Shown here: positions 58,511 to 64,000 of the stretch, piece by piece
Numbering within the stretch: the stretch's first letter is position 1
Layout: each line of letters begins with the position of its first letter
NCBI RefSeq assembly: GCF_004010195.1
Contig: NC_057755.1
Coordinates: 8,461,286-8,525,285, forward strand
DNA from: Chiloscyllium plagiosum
Lineage: Eukaryota
Reading direction: 5' to 3'
DNA: 64,000 nucleotides
Made by a program: the position numbers and the translations under genes
The notes under the pieces: generated by a model
Seen by the model: only the letters and a program-made list of their open reading frames with translations
What the model was told of the DNA's origin: nothing
The model's database searches: none

Positions 58511-59320
58511 TGTATGAGCTTGAGGCCTGAGGCCTGTTCACCAGGCTGCACCCTGAGGGGCCCAGGTGAGTTGTGGTCTGTTTAGTACCCCAAGGTTTCA
58601 TCTCCTCGTGGTGGGTGGGAGGCGGAGCAGGGGTGGATGCCTGCTTTGTTAGGGCCTCTGCTTAACTGGGTCCTGTCAGATTGTGGCCATGTCATTTTTT
58701 AAACAGGTTTTAAGCCTGGGGTTAAATTAACCAGGACCTTGAGATTGTCACACAAACAGGTGAGATGCTGGGATTTGGGAGGCAGAATTAAAGCCCAAAA
58801 TATCTGACCCTCTCTAAAAACTTGTCACAATGTCAGATTAATGTGAGTCACAGAGAGGACAGGATGATAACATTCAACATGAGAGAAAGAGTAAGCGAAA
58901 GAACTGAAAAATGGAAAGCGTGAGAAAAGCAGAAGGAGAGAGAGAGAGAGAGAGAGAAAGAGGCATTGTGAGAATTATAGAATAGCTGTAATGTTCGATT
59001 CTGGGGTGACAGGAAGTAATTAAACTGAACCAGCATCATGGAGGGAAATAAAAATGATCGGTTTATCGCCCTGCTGCAGCGTTGTCACATGTGGGGTCTT
59101 GCAGTGTTTAAGTTGCCCCAATGCTATTGTAGCAGACAGTGAGTGCTTTAATCAGCTAATACGGCATTTCAAAAGTTTTTCAGCATGAAAACTCTACTCA
59201 ACGAGCGATATGTTTGTTTTTGGATGCTGCTGAGAGATTGTCTGTGTCACTGAGAGGGGAAAACCTGAGATTGTGCTGTGCTATCTCCCCTTAAAAGATT
59301 TTTCTGCTTTGCCTTTCAAC

Positions 59321-60798
59321 TATGAGCCTCTTGCTGAGATATTTGTATCATCAATAGTCACAGGTGAGGTGCCGGAAGACTGGAGGTTGGCTAACGTGGT
59401 GCCGCTGTTTAAGAAGGGTGGTAAGGACAAGCCAGAGATCTATAGACCAGTGAGCCTGATGTCTGTGATGGGCACGTTGTTGGAAGGAATCCTATGGGAC
59501 AGGATGTACATGTATTTGGAAAGGCAAGGACTGATTAGGGCTTGTCAACATGGCTTTATGCATGGGAAATCATGTCTGACAAACTTGATTTTTTTCAAGA
59601 AATAATAAAGAGGATTGACGAGGGCAGAGTAGTAGATGTGATCTATATGGACTTCAGTAAGGCGTTCGACAAGGTTCCCCATGGGAGACTGGTGAACAAA
59701 GTTAGATCTCATGGAATAAAGGAAGAACTCGCCATTTGGATACAGAACTGGCTCAAAGGTAGAAGACAGAGGGTGGTGGTGGAGGGTTGTTTTTCAGACT
59801 GCAGGCCTGTGACCAGTGGAGTGCCACAAGGATCGGTGCTGTGTCCTCTACTTTTCATTATGTATATAAATGGTTTAGATATGAGCATAGGTGGTGTCGT
59901 TAGTAAGTTTGTTGATGACACCAAAATTGGAGGTGTAGTGGACAGGGAAGAATTACAATGGAATCTTGATCAAATGGGCCAACTGGCTGAGAAGTGGCAG
60001 ATGGAGTTTAATTCAGATAAATGTGAGAGGCTGCATTTTGGAAAGCAAATCTTAGCAGGACTTATACACTTAATGGTAAGAGTGTTGCTGAACAAGGAGA
60101 CTGTGGCATGCAGGTTCATAGTTCCTTGAAAGTGGAGTTGCAGGTAAGTAGGATAGTGAAGAAGGTGTTTGGTATGCTTTCCTTTATTGGTCAGAGTATT
60201 GAGTCCAGGAGTTGGGAGGTCATGTTGCGGTTATAGAGGACATCGGTTAGGCCACTGTTGGAATATTGCGTGCAATTCTGGTCTCCTTCCTATCGGAAAG
60301 ATGTTGCAAATCTTGTAAGGTTTCAGAAAAGACTTACAAAGATGTTCCCAGGATTGGAGGATTTGAGGTATGGGGAGAGATCGAATAGGCTGGGGCTGTT
60401 TTCCCAGGAGCATCGGAGGCTGAGGGGTGACCTTGTAGAGATTTATAAAATCATGAGGGATGTGGATAGGATAAATAGACAAAGTTTTTTTTCCCTGGAT
60501 TGGGGGAGTCCAGAACTAGAGGGCATAGGGTGAGAGGGGAAAGATAAAAAAGAGAACTAAGAGGCAACATTTTCACACAGAGGGTGGTACATGAATGGAA
60601 TGAGCTGCCAGAGGAAGTTGCGGATGCTGGTACAATTGCAACATTTAAAAGACATCTCGATGGGTATATGAATAGGAAGGGTTTGGAGTGATGTAAGTCA
60701 GGTGCTTGCAGGTGGGACTAGATTGGGTTGGGATATCTGGTCGACATGGGCAAGTTGGACCAAAGTGTCTGTTTCCATGCTGTACATCTCAATGACTC
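59321..60798 (+). mobile_element. CR1 RT fragment to 3' end, inserted in the second duplication unit
   Basis: [41 protein letters not shown]. Confidence 0.95.
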
Positions 60799-63224
60799 AA
60801 ATGTTTCCTCTTTCCTCCCAAAGGAATCTTTCCAGCCACTTGAAGAATCGAAGATAGAGAGAGTTTGGGATCAGGAAACCTTCAAACAGGAGCTTCCTCC
60901 AGAGGAGGACATGGTAAAAAGGCCTATATGACAGGCTGCACAACATGGGGCCCAGATGAATTTTGTGCGTTATCCCTAGGTTTAATCCTCTCGTAGGGAG
61001 ATGGAGTTGAGGTGGGGGGGGGGGGGGGTGGGGGGAGGGTGTGTGTGTTGGGAGCAGGCTTTCTACAGGGCTTCTGGTGAACTGTGTTCTGTTGGATTGC
61101 AGCCCTGTCATTTTTTAAACCAGGTTTGAAGCCTGGATTAAAGTCACTGAGAGCTTGGGATTGTGATACAAACTGGTCAACCCCCAGCATCTGGGAGGCA
61201 GGACTCCCCGAAAATGGAATTAAAGCCTTAACTGAGAAAATCTCTCCAAAGACCCGTTCTAATGTCAGAATAATATGAGATTTGTATAGGCCAAGTGGCT
61301 AAAATAGGATAATTACAGAAATACGACGCAGACTGGCCTTTTCAATTTAATTCACTGAATGGCTGTGAGGGGGTCTGTCTCTGTCTTTCTCCCTAGTTTT
61401 CTTTTGTTGAAAGAAAACTTTACCATGTACAACAAAGCAAGCCATTGTTATTTTAAGTGGCTGGGATTGGGCGGGGGAAGTGGAATAAAGATCACAGTGG
61501 ACAAGATTAAATTGGAGAGAGACACAATGGAGATGTAGAGAGAAAAAGAGGTGAACAGAGACAGAGCAAAAGAAGGGTAGAAAGAGAGAGAGGGCTCAGA
61601 GAGATATCAGAAATGGAGAGAGAGGGTACAGATTGAGATATCAGAGATGTAGAGAGTGAGGTGGGGGAACAGAGAAAGAGAGAGAGAGTGAGAGCAAGCC
61701 TCTGGTCAACTGCTGTATGGTGATATTGTGTATTTTGATGTTGCTGTGGTGTTAGGCAATGCATTAATTATACAATAATTAAATTTAACCAGCGTCACAG
61801 GGTACAGTGAGAGATTGTGGGAGGCAGAGAGCAGTGGGACCTTGCTGTGCTCTTCACGCCATTGTTACATTTTCTTTCAAATCTATTTTTAATTTCTCTC
61901 AGTCTGCATCCCACTGCTCCAAGGAGGACATTGGATTCGTGAGTTGAAACTTGGGATGGTGCAGATTCATAGAGAGTCAAATCATTTCTGCTGTGAGCAA
62001 TCATTGGACAAGAGCTGGAACCAGAGAGAGAACAATCAGAAACTATCTTGTCTCCTTGTCGTCCATTTACACACTCTCACACCCACACAGGGAAAGAAAA
62101 TTGTGGGGTTTAGGCTGTCTATGGGATTTTTATGACAAGGGGCGAGTTCTGGGCTGAGGCAGGGACAAAGGGGCAAAAGGATGGAGGGGGAGCCGCTGCA
62201 GAGTCTGATCCCACAAATGTTACTGCCTTCCTCTCTCACTACAGCTCCCATCTCTACCTCCGTGTTCCCAGTTCTCTCTGTCTGGCCCACATTTTTTCTT
62301 TCAATCCCCATCCTTCCCAGCTCCACCCTGTTCACATTGTCCTGAAGGCTCCCTTCCGACAATGCTCTGGATCCTCCCTCTTTTCTGGAACTGTTAAATT
62401 GCTCAATCTCCAACCTCACTGCTCACCCCTCCCCTCAACTTTCTCTCTCAGTCAGCCCTGTGGGATCTTGCTGTTTCTGGCTGAGAGACATTCTATCTGT
62501 CATATACCCTAACCTCCTCTCTCTCTTTCACTGTCTGTTGTATCTCTCTCTCTCTCTATGTGGCTGTTCTTCTCTCATTCTCTCCCTGGATTTCTCTCTC
62601 TCTGTCTCCTGTTTGGATTTCTCTCCCTTGACTTTTACTTTCTCTCTCCCCTCCCTGTGTCCGTCATTTTCTCTCCCTGTGGGTTCTGTTACCACACCCA
62701 GGGATTTTTGTTCTCTCTCGCTCTCTCTGTCCTGTTCCTTCCTTGGGTTTTACACTCTCTCTTGTCTGTCCTTTCTTATCTCCCTGGGAGTTTGCTTCCC
62801 TGGGATATTTCTGTCCTTTGTTGTATCTGCTTGGATGTTTCCTTCTTTCCCTGGTTTCACACTGTGCCTCTCCATCTCAGTCTCTCTCCCCAGGATATTT
62901 CCGTGTCCTTGGCTCACTGTGTGTCAGACCCTCTGTCTCTGCCCCTCATCTCACTTGCTTTCTATCCTCCCCCCCTCCCCATCTCTCCCTCCATCCCCTC
63001 TGTCTGTCCTGTTGCTCCTAACCGTAGGCACATGCAGTTAATAGAGTGGGATCTTGCTGTTTCTGGTGTCTCCTATTGTTGTCCAAACAGTGGGTAGGGG
63101 AGATAAAGCCCCTTTCTCACTGACCTAGGGTTGGGGATGGGTGCAGGGGGAGGCCTCAGATCTTACAAAGCATGAAGACACCATAGTCAAAAACCCAGTC
63201 AATCAGTCATTGCACTGCTCCCTG

Positions 63225-63962
63225 TGGAGCAGTGGATGAACTGTTCAACCTCCTCGTGGGAGCACGAGAAAGCGCCGATACAGTCATCGATGTAGCGGAG
63301 GAAAAGGTGGTGGTTGGTGCCAGTGTAGCTGCGGAAGATGGACTGTTCCACATATCCGATGAAGAGGCAGGCATAGCTGGGCCCATGTGGGGGTGCCCAT
63401 GGCTACTCCTTTGGTTTGGAGGAAGTGGGAGGATTGGAAAGAGAAGTTGTTCAGAGTGAGGACCAGTTCAGTCAGTTGAAGGAGGGTGTCAGTGGAAGGG
63501 TACTGGTTGGTTCGGCGGGAAAGGAAGAAGCGGAGGGCTTTGAGGCCTTCGTGATGGGGGATGGAGGTGTATAGGGACTGGATGTCCATGGTGAAGATAA
63601 GGCATTGGGGCCCGGGGAAGCAAAAATCATGTAGGAGGTGGAGGGCGTGGGTGGTGTCCCGAACGTAGGTGGGGGGTTCTTGGACTAAGGGGGACAGGAC
63701 CGTGTTGAGGTATGCAGAGATGGTTTCGGTGGGGCAGGAGCAGGCTGAGACAATGGGTCGGCTGGGGCAGTCAGGTTTGTGGATTTTGGGCAGGAGATAG
63801 AAATGGGTAGCACGGGGTTGTGGGACTATGAGGTTGGATGCAGTGGATGGGAGATCCCCTGAGGTGATGAGGTTATGGATGGTCTGGGAGATGATGGTTT
63901 GGTGGTGGGAGGTGGGGTCATGGTCAAGGGGGCAGTAGGAGGAGGTGTCCGCGAGCTGGCCT
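63225..63962 (-). mobile_element. Penelope-like element reverse transcriptase fragment (one frameshift)
   Basis: FYLLPKIHKP, RPIVS, TMDIQSLYTSIPH, LTLNNFSF, QTKGVAMGT; after a frameshift near 63390, GPSYACLF...LRYIDDCIG (catalytic YIDD at about 63283-63294). Confidence 0.92.
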
Positions 63963-64000
63963 TCCCCTCCAATCGCTACCAGGACAGAACCCACTGGTCC

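Larger units (their letters stand above)
55766..61765 (+). repeat. Local tandem duplication: about 2-kb unit twice (55766-57730, 57866-61690) plus start of a third (61700-61765); each unit contains two related ~400-bp modules
   Basis: Shared blocks such as gtattttgat.ttg.tgtg.tgtta.gcaatgca (x3), aggcct.....caggctgca (x4), gggaaataaaaatgatc (x2), gtgtcactgagaggggaaaacct (x2). Confidence 0.9.

Overview
Vertebrate genomic DNA, most likely an elasmobranch (shark). This is inferred from HE1/V-type SINEs, abundant CR1/L2 LINEs and Penelope remnants. One intact protein-coding gene can be rebuilt by hand on the + strand: an SLC43A3-like MFS transporter (equilibrative nucleobase transporter family). 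It has 12 coding exons from ATG 5158 to TGA 43440, all GT-AG with consistent phases, 1647 nt / 548 aa, and AATAAA at 44009. The rest is mostly repeat: CR1 fragments (one young copy, one 5' portion with an SGNH-esterase ORF1), Rex/Babar-like and L2 tails, tRNA-derived SINEs, a probable solo LTR, a Penelope RT fragment, two minisatellites that appear to derive from transposon sequence, and two N gaps. The most notable points are: (1) many Penelope-type terminal-repeat remnants carrying minimal hammerhead-ribozyme cores (CUGANGA...GAAA), in at least four sequence variants, some arranged as inverted or tandem pairs; (2) changes at several normally conserved polar residues of the SLC43A3 protein, plus a C-terminal PDZ-type motif; (3) a nested tandem duplication at 55.8-61.9 kb with four exon-like modules and two independent LINE insertions at the same paralogous site. 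Family names come from memory of consensus motifs; no database searches were run.
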